Shown here one piece after another: positions 53,701 through 64,000 of a stretch of 64,000 nucleotides of DNA; within the stretch, counting starts at the first letter, position 1; each line of letters starts with the position of its first letter. Below the pieces are notes generated by a model. That model saw only the letters and a program-made list of their open reading frames with translations. It was not told the DNA's origin and made no database searches. Both the position numbers and the translations under genes were made by a program. This DNA comes from the human T2T-CHM13v2.0 reference genome, Homo sapiens, in NCBI RefSeq assembly GCF_009914755.1, contig NC_060935.1. One strand, 5' to 3'.

Positions 53701-56700
53701 TCTTTGGATTCTGCAAGTGGATATGTGGACCTCTGTGAAGATTTCGTTGGAAACGGGTTCATCTTCACAGAAAAAGTAAACAGGAGCATTCTCAGAAACT
53801 GCTTTGTGATGTTTGTGTTCCACTTCAAGAATTGAACTTTCCTCTTGATAGAGCAGCTCTGAAACCCTCTTTTTCTAGAATCTGCAAGTGGACATTTGGA
53901 GGGCTTCGTGGCCTGTGGTGGAAAAGGAAAATCTTCACATAAAAACTAGATGTAAGCATTCTCAGAAACTACTTTGTGATGATTGCATTCGACTCACAGA
54001 GTTGAACATTCCTATAGATAGAGCAGGTTGTAAACAATCTTTTTGTAGAATCTGCGATTGGAGATTTGGACTGCTTTGAGGCCTACTGTAGTAAAGGAAA
54101 TAACTTCATCTAAAAACCAAACGGAAGCATTCACAGACAATTCTTAGTGATCATTGGAGTGAACTAACAGAGCTGAACATTCCCTTAGATGGCGCAGTTT
54201 CCAAACATACTTTCTGTAGAATCTGCAAGTGGATATTTGGACCTCTCTGAGGATTTCGTTGGAAACGGGATAAACTTCCCAGAACCTCACGGAAGCATTC
54301 TGAGAAACTTCTTTGTGATGTTTGCATTCAACTCACAGAGTTGAACCTTGCTTTCATAGTTCAGCTTTCAAACACTCTTTTTGTAGAATCTGCAAGTGGA
54401 TATTTGGACCACTTTGTTGCCTTCCTTCGAAACGGGTATATCTTCACATCAAACCTAGACAGAAGCATTCTCAGAATGTTTCCTGTGATGACTGCATTCA
54501 ACTCACAGAGGTGAACAATCCTGCTGATGGAGCAGTTTTGAAACTCTCTTTCTTTGGATTCTGCAAGTGGATATGTGGACTTCTATGAAGATTTCGTTGG
54601 AAACGGGTTCATCTTCACAGAAAAACTAAACAGAAGCATTCTCAGAAACTGCTTTGTGATGTTTTTGTTCCACTTCAGGAATTGAACTTTCCTCTTGACA
54701 GAGCAGCTCTGAAACCCTCTTATTCTAGAATCTGCAAGTGGACATTTGGAGGGCTTTGAGGCCTGTGGTGGAAAAGGAAAATCTTCACATAAAAACTACA
54801 TGGAAGCATTCTCAGAAACTACTTTGTGATGATTGCATTCGACTCACAGAGTTGAACATTCCTATAGATAGAGCAGGTTGTAAACAATCTTTTTGTAGAA
54901 TCTGCGATTGGAGATTTGGACTTCTTTGAGGCCTACTGTAGTAAAGGAACTAACTTCATCTAAAAACCAAACGGAAGCATTCACAGACAATTCTTAGTGA
55001 TCATTGGATTGAACTAACAGAGCTGAACATTCCTTTAGATGGAGCAGTTTCCAAACACACTTTCTGTAGAATCTGCAAGTGGATATTTGGACCTCTCTGA
55101 GGATTTCGTTGGAAACGGGATAAACCTCCCAGAACTACACGGAAGTATTCTGAGAAACTTCTTTGTGATGTTTGCATTCAACTCACAGAGTTGAACCTTG
55201 CTTTCATAGTTCAGCTTTCAAACACTCTTTTTGTAGAATCTGCAAGTGGATATTTGGACCACTTTGTGGCCTTCCTTCGAAACGGGTATATCTTCACATC
55301 AAACCTAGACAGAAGCATTCTCAGAATGTTTCCTGTGATGACTGCATTCAACTCACAGAGGTGAACAATCCTGCTGATGGAGCAGTTTTGAAACTCTCTT
55401 TCTTTGGATTCTGCAAGTGGATATGTGGACCTCTGTGAAGATTTCATTGGAAACGGGTTCATCTTCACAGAAAAACTAAACAGGAGCATTCTCAGAAACT
55501 GCTTTGTGATGTTTGTGTTCCACTTCAAGAATTGAACTTTCCTCCTGACAGAGCAGCTCTGAAACCCTCTTTTTCTAGAATCTGCAAGTGGACATTTGGA
55601 GGGCTTTGAGGCCTGTGGTGGAAAAGGAAAATCTTCACATAAAAACTAGATGGAAGCATTCTCAGAAACTACTTTGTGATGATTGCATTCGACTCACAGA
55701 GTTGAACATTCCTATAGATAGAGCAGGTTGTAAACAATCTTTTTGTAGAATCTGCGATTGGAGATTTGGACTGCTTTGAGGCCTACTGTAGTAAAGGAAA
55801 TAACTTCATCTAAAAACCAAACGGAAGCATTCACAGACAATTCTTAGTGATCATTGGATTGAACTAACAGAGCTGAACATTCCTTTAGATGGCGCAGTTT
55901 CCAAACACACTTTCTGTACAATCTGCAAGTGGATATTTGGACCTCTCTGAGGATTTCGTTGGAAACGGGATAAACTTCCCAGAACTACACGGAAGCATTC
56001 TGAGAAACTTCTTTGTGATGTTTGCATTCAACTCACAGAGTTGAACCTTGCTTTCATAGTTCAGCTTTCAAACACTCTTTTTGTAGAATCTGCAAGTGGA
56101 TATTTGGACCACTTTGTTGCCTTCCTTCGAAACGGGTATATCTTCACATCAAACCTAGACAGAAGCATTCTCAGAATGTTTCCTGTGATGACTGCATTCA
56201 ACTCACAGAGGTGAACAATCCTGCTGATGGAGCAGTTTTGAAACTCTCTTTCTTTGGATTCTGCAAGTGGATATGTGGACCTCTGTGAAGATTTCGTTGG
56301 AAACGGGTTCATCTTCACAGAAAAAGTAAACAGGAGCATTCTCAGAAACTGCTTTGTGATGTTTGTGTTCCACTTCAAGAATTGAACTTTCCTCTTGATA
56401 GAGCAGCTCTGAAACCCTCTTTTTCTAGAATCTGCAAGTGGATATTTGGAGGGCTTCGTGGCCTGTGGTGGAAAAGGAAAATCTTCACATAAAAACTAGA
56501 TGTAAGCATTCTCAGAAACTACTTTGTGATGATTGCATTCGACTCACAGAGTTGAACATTCCTATAGATAGAGCAGGTTGTAAACAATCTTTTTGTAGAA
56601 TCTGCGATTGGAGATTTGGACTGCTTTGAGGCCTACTGTAGTAAAGGAAATAACTTCATCTAAAAACCAAACGGAAGCATTCACAGACAATTCTTAGTGA

Positions 56701-59700
56701 TCATTGGATTGAACTAACAGAGCTGAACATTCCTTTAGATGGAGCAGTTTCCAAACCCACTTTCTGTAGAATCTGCAAGTGGATATTTGGACTTCTCTGA
56801 GGATTTCGTTGGAAACGGGATAAACTTCCCAGAACTACACGGAAGCATTCTGAGAAACTTCTTTCTGATGTTTGCATTCAACTCACAGAGTTGAACCATG
56901 CTTTCATAGTTCAGCTTTCAAACACTCTTTTTGTAGAATCTGCAAGTGGATTTTGGAACACTTTGTGGCCTTCCTTCGAAACGGGTATATCTTCACATCA
57001 AACCTAGACAGAAGCATTCTCAGAATGTTTCCTGTGATGACTGCATTCAACTCACAGAGGTGAACAATCCTGCTGATGGAGCAGTTTTGAAACTCTCTTT
57101 CTTTGGATTCTGCAAGTGGATATGTGGACCTCTGTGAAGATTTCGTTGGAAACGGGTTCATCTTCACAGAAAAAATAAACAGGAGCATTCTCAGAAACTG
57201 CTTTGTGATGTTTGTGTTCCACTTCAAGAATTGAACTTTCCTCTTGACAGAGCAGCTCTGAAACCCTCTTTTTCTAGAATCTGCAAGTGGACATTTGGAG
57301 GGCTTTGAGGCCTGTGGTGGAAAAGGAAAATCTTCCCATAAAAACTAGATGGAAGCATTCTCAGAAACTCCTTTGTGATGATTGCATTCGACTCACAGAG
57401 TTGAACATTCGTATAGATAGAGCAGGTTGTAAACAATCTTTTTGTAGAATCTGCGATTGGAGATTTGGACTGCTTTGAGGCCTACTGTAGTAAAGGAAAT
57501 AACTTCATCTAAAAACCAAACGGAAGCATTCACAGACAATTCTTAGTGATCATTGGATTGAACTAACAGAGCTGAACATTCCGTTAGATGGTGCAGTTTC
57601 CAAACACACTTTCTGTAGAATCTGCAAGTGGATATTTGGACCTCTCTGAGGATTTCTTTGGAAACGGGATAAACTTCCCAGAACTACACGGAAGCATTGT
57701 GAGAAACTTCTTTGTGATGTTTGCATTCAACTCACAGAGTTGAACCTTGCTTTCATAGTTCAGCTTTCACACACTCTTTTTGTAGAATCTGCAAGTGGAT
57801 ATTTGGACCACTTTGTGGCCTTCCTTCGAAACGGGTATATCTTCACATGAAACCTAGACAGAAGCATTCTCAGAATGTTTCCTGTGATGACTGCATTCAA
57901 CTCACAGAGGTGAACAATCCTGTGGATGGAGCAGTTTTGAAACTCTCTTTCTTTGGATTCTGCAAGTGGATATGTGGACCTCTGTGAAGATTTCGTTGGA
58001 AACGGGTTCATCTTCACAGGAAAACTAAACAGGAGCATTCTCAGAAACTGCTTTGTGATGTTTGTGTTCCACTTCAGGAATTGAACTTTCCTCTTGACAG
58101 TGCAGCTCTGAAACCCTCTTCTTCTAGAATCTGCAAGTGGACATTTGGAGGGCTTTGATGCCTGTGGTGGAAAAGGAAAATCTTCACATAAAAACTAGAT
58201 GGAAGCATTCTCAGAAACTACTTTGTGATGATTGCATTCGACTCACAGAGTTGAACATTCTTATAGATAGAGCAGGTTGTAAACAATCTTTTTGTAGAAT
58301 CTGCGATTGGAGATTTGGACTGCTTTGAGGCCTACTGTAGTAAAGGAAATAACTTCATCTAAAAACCAAACGGAAGCATTCACAGACAATTCATAGTGAT
58401 CATTGGATTGAACTAACAGAGCTGAACATTCCTTTAGATGGAGCAGTTTCCAAACACACTTTCTGTAGAATCTGCAAGTGGATATTTGGACTTCTCTGAG
58501 GATTTCGTTGGAAACGGGATAAACTTCCCAGAACTACACGGAAGCATTCTGAGAAACTTCTTTGTGATGTTTGCATTCAACTCACAGAGTTGAACCTTGC
58601 TTTCATAGTTCAGCTTTCAAACACTCTTTTTGTAGAATCTGCAAGTGGATATTTGGACCAATTTTGGCCTTCCTTCGAAACGGGTATATCTTCACATCAA
58701 ACCTAGACAGAAGCATTCTCAGAATGTTTCCTGTGATGACTGCATTCAACTCACAGAGGTGAACCATCCTGCTGATGGAGCAGTTTTGAAACTCTCTTTC
58801 TTTGGATTCTGCAAGTGGATATGTGGACCTCTGTGAAGATTTCGTTGGAAACGGGTTCATCTTCACAGAAAAACTAAACAGGAGCATTCTCAGAAACTGC
58901 TTTGTGATGTTTGTGTTCCACTTCAGGAATTGAACTTTCCTCTTGACAGTGCAGCTCTGAAACCCTCTTCTTCTAGAATCTGCAAGTGGACATTTGGAGG
59001 GCTTTGATGCCTGTGGTGGAAAAGGAAAATCTTCACATAAAAACTAGATGGAAGCATTCTCAGAAACTACTTTGTGATGATTGCATTCGACTCACAGAGT
59101 TGAACATTCCTATAGATAGAGCAGGTTGTAAACAATCTTTTTGTAGAATCTGCGATTGGAGATTTGGACTGCTTTGAGGCCTACTGTAGTAAAGGAAATA
59201 ACTTCATCTAAAAACCAAACGGAAGCATTCACAGACAATTCATAGTGATCATTGGATTGAACTAACAGAGCTGAACATTCCTTTAGATGGAGCAGTTTCC
59301 AAACACACTTTCTGTAGAATCTGCAAGTGGATATTTGGACTTCTCTGAGGATTTCGTTGGAAACGGGATAAACTTCCCAGAACTACACGGAAGCATTCTG
59401 AGAAACTTCTTTGTGATGTTTGCATTCAACTCACAGAGTTGAACCTTGCTTTCATAGTTCAGCTTTCAAACACTCTTTTTGTAGAATCTGCAAGTGGATA
59501 TTTGGACCACTTTTTGGCCTTCCTTCGAAACGGGTATATCTTCACATCAAACCTAGACAGAAGCATTCTCAGAATGTTTCCTGTGATGACTGCATTCAAC
59601 TCACAGAGGTGAACCATCCTGCTGATGGAGCAGTTTTGAAACTCTCTTTCTTTGGATTCTGCAAGTGGATATGTGGACCTCTGTGAAGATTTCGTTGGAA

Positions 59701-60640
59701 ACGGGTTCATCTTCACAGAAAAACTAAACAGGAGCATTCTCAGAAACTGCTTTGTGATGTTTGTGTTCCACCTCAAGAATTGAACTTTCCTCTTGACAGA
59801 GCAGCTCTGAAACCCTCTTTTTCTAGAATCTGCAAGTGGACATTTGGAGGGCTTTGAGGCCTGTGGTGGAAAAGGAAAATCTTCACATAAAAACTAGATG
59901 GAAGCATTCTCAGAAACTACTTTGTGATGATGGCATTCGACTCACAGAGTTGAACATTCCTATAGATAGAGCAGGTTGAAAACAATCTTTTTGTAGAATC
60001 TGCGATTGGAGATTTGGACTGCTTTGAGGCCTACTGTAGTAAAGGAAATAACTTCATCTAAAAACCAAACGGAAGCATTCACAGACAATTCTTAGTGATC
60101 ATTGGATTGAACTAACAGAGCTGAACATTCCTTTAGATGGAGCAGTTTCCAAACACACTTTCTGTAGCATCTGCAAGTGGATATTTGGACCTCTCTGAGG
60201 ATTTCGTTGGAAACGGGATAAGCTTCCCAGAAATACACGGAAGCATTGTGAGGAACTTCTTTGTGATGTTTGCATTCAACTCACAGAGTTGAACCTTGCT
60301 TTCATAGTTCAGCTTTCAAACACTCTTTTTGTAGAATCTGCAAGTGGATATTTGGACCACTTTATGGCCTTCCTTCGAAACGGGTATATCTTCACATCAA
60401 ACCTAGACAGAAGCATTCTCAGAATGTTTCCTGTGATGACTGCATTCAACTCACAGAGGTGAACCATCCTGTTGATGGAGCAGTTTTGAAACTCTCTTTC
60501 TTTGGATTCTGCAAGTGGATATGTGGACCTCTGTGAAGATTTCGTTGGAAACGGGTTCATCTTCACAGAAAAACTAAACAGGAGCATTCTCAGAAACTGC
60601 TTTGTGATGTTTGTGTTCCACTTCAAGAATTGAACTTTCC
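50790..60640 (+). repeat. Dispersed duplication of an approximately 2.2-kb HOR block (about 50790-52990, repeated at about 57590-60640 with one extra HOR)
   Basis: Shared private variants at +6799 (50793/57592; ORFs 50922/57721 and 51338/58137), then at +7648 (ORFs 51338/58986, 51772/59420, 52622/60270). Confidence 0.88.
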
Positions 60641-63600
60641 TCTTGACAGAGCAGCTCTGAAACCCTCTTTTTCTAGAATCTGCAAGTGGACATTTGGAGG
60701 GCTTTGAGGCCTGTGGTGGAAAAGGAAAATCTTCACATAAGAACTAGATGGAAGCATTCTCAGAAACTACTTTGTGATGATTGCATTCGACTCACAGAGT
60801 TGAACATTCCTATAGATAGAGCAGGTTTTAAACAATCTTTTTGTAGAATCTGCGATTGGAGATTTCGACTGCTTTGAGGCCTACTGTAGTAAAGGAAATA
60901 ACTTCATCTAAAAACCAAACGGAAGCATTCACAGGCAATTCCTAGAGATCATTGGATTGAACTAACAGAGCTGAAGATTCCTTTAGATGGCGCAGTTTCC
61001 GTACACAATTTCTGTAGAATCTGCAAGTGGATATTTGGACTTCTCTGAGGATTTCGTTGGAAACGGGATAAACTTCCCAGAAATACACGGAAGCATTCTG
61101 AGAAACTTCTTTGTGATGTTTGCATTCAACTCACAGAGGTGAACCTTGCTTTCATAGTTCAGCTTTCAAACACTCTTTTTGTAGAATCTGCAAGTGGATA
61201 TTTGGACCACTTTGTGGCCTTCCTTCGAAACGGGTATATCTTCACATCAAACCTAGACAGAAGCATTCTCAGAATGTTTCCTGTGATGACTGCATTCAAC
61301 TCACAGAGGTGAACAATCCTGCTGATGGAGCAGTTTTGAAACTCTGTTTCTTTGGATTCTGCCAGTGGATATGTGGACCTCTGTGAAGATTTCGTTGGAA
61401 ACGGGTTCATCTTCACAGAAAAAATAAACAGGAGCATTCTCAGAAACTGCTTTGTGATGTTTGTGTTCCACTTCAAGAATTGAACTTTCCTCTTGACAGA
61501 GCAGCTCTGAAACCCTCTTTTTCTTGAATCTGCAAGTGGACATTTGGAGGGCTTTGAGGCCTGTGGTGGAAAAGGAAAATCTTCACATAAAAACTAGATG
61601 GAAGCATTCTCAGAAACTCCTTTGTGATGATTGAATTCGACTCACAGAGTTGAACATTCCTATAGATAGAGCAGGTTGTAAACAATCTTTTTGTAGAATC
61701 TGCGATTGGAGATTTGGACTGCTTTGAGGCCTACTGTAGTAAAGGAAATAACTTCATCTAAAAACCAAACGGAAGCATTCACAGACAATTCTTAGTGATC
61801 ATTGGATTGAACTAACAGAGCTGAACATTCCCTTAGATGGCGCAGTTTCCAAACACACTTTCTGTAGAATCTGCAAGTGGATATTTGGACCTCTCTGAGG
61901 ATTTCGTTGGAAACGGGATAAACTTCCCAGAACTACACGGAAGCATTCTGAGAAACTTCTTTGTGATGTTTGCATTCAACTCACAGAGTTGAATCTTGCT
62001 TTCATAGTTCAGCTTTCAAACACTCTTTTTGTAGAATCTGCAAGTGGATATTTGGACCACTTTGTTGCCTTCCTTCGAAACGGGTATATCTTCACATCAA
62101 ACCTAGACAGAAGCATTCTCAGAATGTTTCCTGTGATGACTGCATTCAACTCACAGAGGTGAACAATCCTGCTGATGGAGCAGTTTTGAAACTCTCTTTC
62201 TTTGGATTCTGCAAGTGGATATGTGGACCTCTGTGAAGATTTCGTTGGAAACGGGTTCATCTTCACAGAAAAACTAAACAGGAGCATTCTCAGAAACTGC
62301 TTTGTGATGTTTGTGTTCCACTTCAAGAATTGAACTTTCCTCTTGACAGAGCAGCTCTGAAACCCTCTTTTTCTAGAATCTGCAAGTGGACATTTGGAGG
62401 GCTTTGAGGCCTGTGGTGGAAAAGGAAAATCTTCACATAAAAAGTAGATGGAAGCATTCTCAGAAACTACTTTGTGATGATTGCATTCGACTCACAGAGT
62501 TGAACATTCCTATAGATAGAGCAGTTTGTAAACAATCTGTTTGTAGAATCTGCGATTGGAGATTCGCACTGCTTTGAGGCCTACTGTAGTAAAGGAAATA
62601 ACTTCATCTAAAAACCAAACGGAAGCATTCAAAGACAATTCTTAGTGATCATTGGATTGAACTAACAGAGCTGAACATTCCTTTAGATGGCGCAGTTTCC
62701 AAACACACTTTCTGTAGAATCTGCAAGTGGATATTTGGACCTCTCTGAGGATTTCGTTGGAAACGGGATAAACTTCCCAGAACTACACGGAAGCATTCTG
62801 AGAAACTTCTTTGTGATGTTTGCATTCAACTCACAGAGTTGAACCTTGCTTTCATAGTTCAGCTTTCAAACACTCTTTTTGTAGAATCTGCAAGTGGATA
62901 TTTGGACCACTTTGTGGCCTTCCTTCGAAACGGGTATATCTTCACATCAAACCTAGACGGAAGCATTATCAGAATGTTTCCTGTGATGACTGCATTCAAC
63001 TCACAGAGGTGAACAATCCTGCTGATGGAGCAGTTTTGAAACTCTCTTTCTTTGGATTCTGCAAGTGGATATGTGGACCTCTTTGAAGATTTCGTTGGAA
63101 ACGGGTTCATCTTCACAGAAAAACTAAACAGAAGCATTCTCAGAAACTGCTTTGTGATGTTTGTGTTCCACTTCAAGAATTGAACTTTCCTCTTGACAGA
63201 GCAGCTCTGAAACCCTTTTTTTCCAGAATCTGCAAGTGGACATTTGGAGGGCTTTGAGGCCTGTGGTGGAAAAGGAAAATCTTCACATAAGAACTAGATG
63301 GAATCATTCTCAGAAACTACTTTGTGATGATTGCATTCGACTCACAGAGTTGAACATTCCTATAGATAGAGCAGGTTGTAAACAATCTTTTTGTAGAATC
63401 TGCGATTGGAGATTTGGACTGCTTTGAGGCCTACTGTAGTAAAGGAAATAACTTCATCTAAAAACCAAACGGAAGCATTCACAGACAATTCTTAGTGATC
63501 ATTGGATTGAACTAACAGAGCTGAACATTCCTTTAGATGGAGCAGTTTCCAAACACACTTTCTGTAGAATCTGCAAGTGGATATTTGGACCTCTCTGAGG

Positions 63601-64000
63601 ATTTCGTTGGAAACGGGATAAACTTCCCAGAACTACACGGAAGCATTCTGAGAAACTTCTTTGTGATGTTTGCATTCAACTCACAGAGTTGAATCTTGCT
63701 TTCATAGTTCAGCTTTCAAACACTCTTTTTGTAGAATCTGCAAGTGGATATTTGGACCACTTTGTTGCCTTCCTTCGAAACGGGTATATCTTCACATCAA
63801 ACCTAGACAGAAGCATTCTCAGAATGTTTCCTGTGATGACTGCATTCAACTCACAGAGGTGAACAATCCTGCTGATGGAGCAGTTTTGAAACTCTCTTTC
63901 TTTGGATTCTGCAAGTGGATATGTGGACCTCTGTGAAGATTTCGTTGGAAACGGGTTCATCTTCACAGAAAAACTAAACAGGAGCATTCTCAGAAACTGC

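Larger units (their letters stand above)
1..64000 (+). repeat. Alpha satellite higher-order repeat array: 5 monomers, 850-bp unit, about 75 copies, head-to-tail, no interruptions
   Basis: Alphoid motifs (AAGCATTCTCAGAAACT, TTTGTGATG, TAGAATCTGCAAGTGGATATTTGG, TTCGTTGGAAACGGG) recur throughout. AAGCATT anchors at 79, 250, 418, 588, 759 and 929 give monomers of 171/168/170/171/170 = 850 bp. ORF-track anchors repeat every 849-850 bp (13, 863, 1713 ... 63236). Confidence 0.99.
1..64000 (+). repeat. D11Z1: Probable identity: human chromosome 11 live centromeric array D11Z1 (SF3 pentamer, W1-W5 monomers)
   Basis: Seen in the sequence: 850-bp pentamer, one XbaI site per unit (e.g. TCTAGA 849-854), three consecutive B-type plus two A-type monomers, one short (about 167-168 bp) monomer. 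Established knowledge: D11Z1 is the 0.85-kb XbaI SF3 pentamer, whereas DXZ1 (12-mer) and D17Z1 (16-mer) have longer units. Not confirmed by alignment; a great-ape orthologous array is not excluded. Confidence 0.88.

Noticed and set aside
3826-60640. The same 7,648-bp lag appears in two separate regions
   Set aside because: The second instance is composite (6,799 + 849) and uses different deletions, so it is best treated as a coincidence of 9x850-2.
13-63987. Numerous short ORFs (60-107 aa; MDIWRALRP..., MHSTHRVEP..., MKWNTNITK.../MLLFSFSVK...) on both strands
   Set aside because: They recur with the 850-bp satellite period, mostly use GTG/TTG starts, overlap on opposite strands and are freely broken by stops and frameshifts. 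They are chance frames in alpha satellite, and their Cys/His richness is not a zinc-finger pattern.
1-64000. CRISPR-like array (conserved motifs such as TAGAATCTGCAAGTGGA at regular spacing)
   Set aside because: The intervening sequences are homologous alphoid monomers repeating every five, not unique spacers. There are no cas genes or leader.
1-64000. Transposon insertion, inversion or non-satellite island
   Set aside because: Anchor spacing accounts for every base (74x850 + 2x170 - 17). There is no Alu/L1 sequence, poly-A tail, target-site duplication or strand switch.
1-64000. Assignment to other SF3 arrays (DXZ1 12-mer, D17Z1 16-mer) or dimeric SF1/SF2 arrays
   Set aside because: The near-identity period is 850 bp (5 monomers), not about 2.0 kb, 2.7 kb or 340 bp.

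Overview
The whole 64 kb window is primate centromeric alpha satellite (about 171-bp monomers) in a single orientation. It is organised as a very homogeneous 5-monomer, 850-bp higher-order repeat (HOR), usually with one XbaI site per unit: 74 complete units plus a partial one. A 0.85-kb XbaI pentamer with three B-type and two A-type monomers best fits the suprachromosomal family 3 array D11Z1 of human chromosome 11. That assignment is from recall and was not aligned. Each HOR has two intact CENP-B boxes, one fixed degenerate box and a pJalpha-like A-box. I see no genes, RNA genes, transposons, CRISPR arrays or inversions, and every ORF in the track is a repeat artefact. I cannot support a novel gene system. 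The real signal is the array's internal history, read from shared variants: a 7,648-bp and a 6,118-bp multi-HOR duplication, nested 1.7/3.4-kb super-repeats, two 6-monomer variant HORs with a 10-bp junction, dispersed patches, a left-to-right haplotype switch, only deletions among 1-bp indels, and mostly G>T loss of CENP-B boxes. All counts were made by eye.
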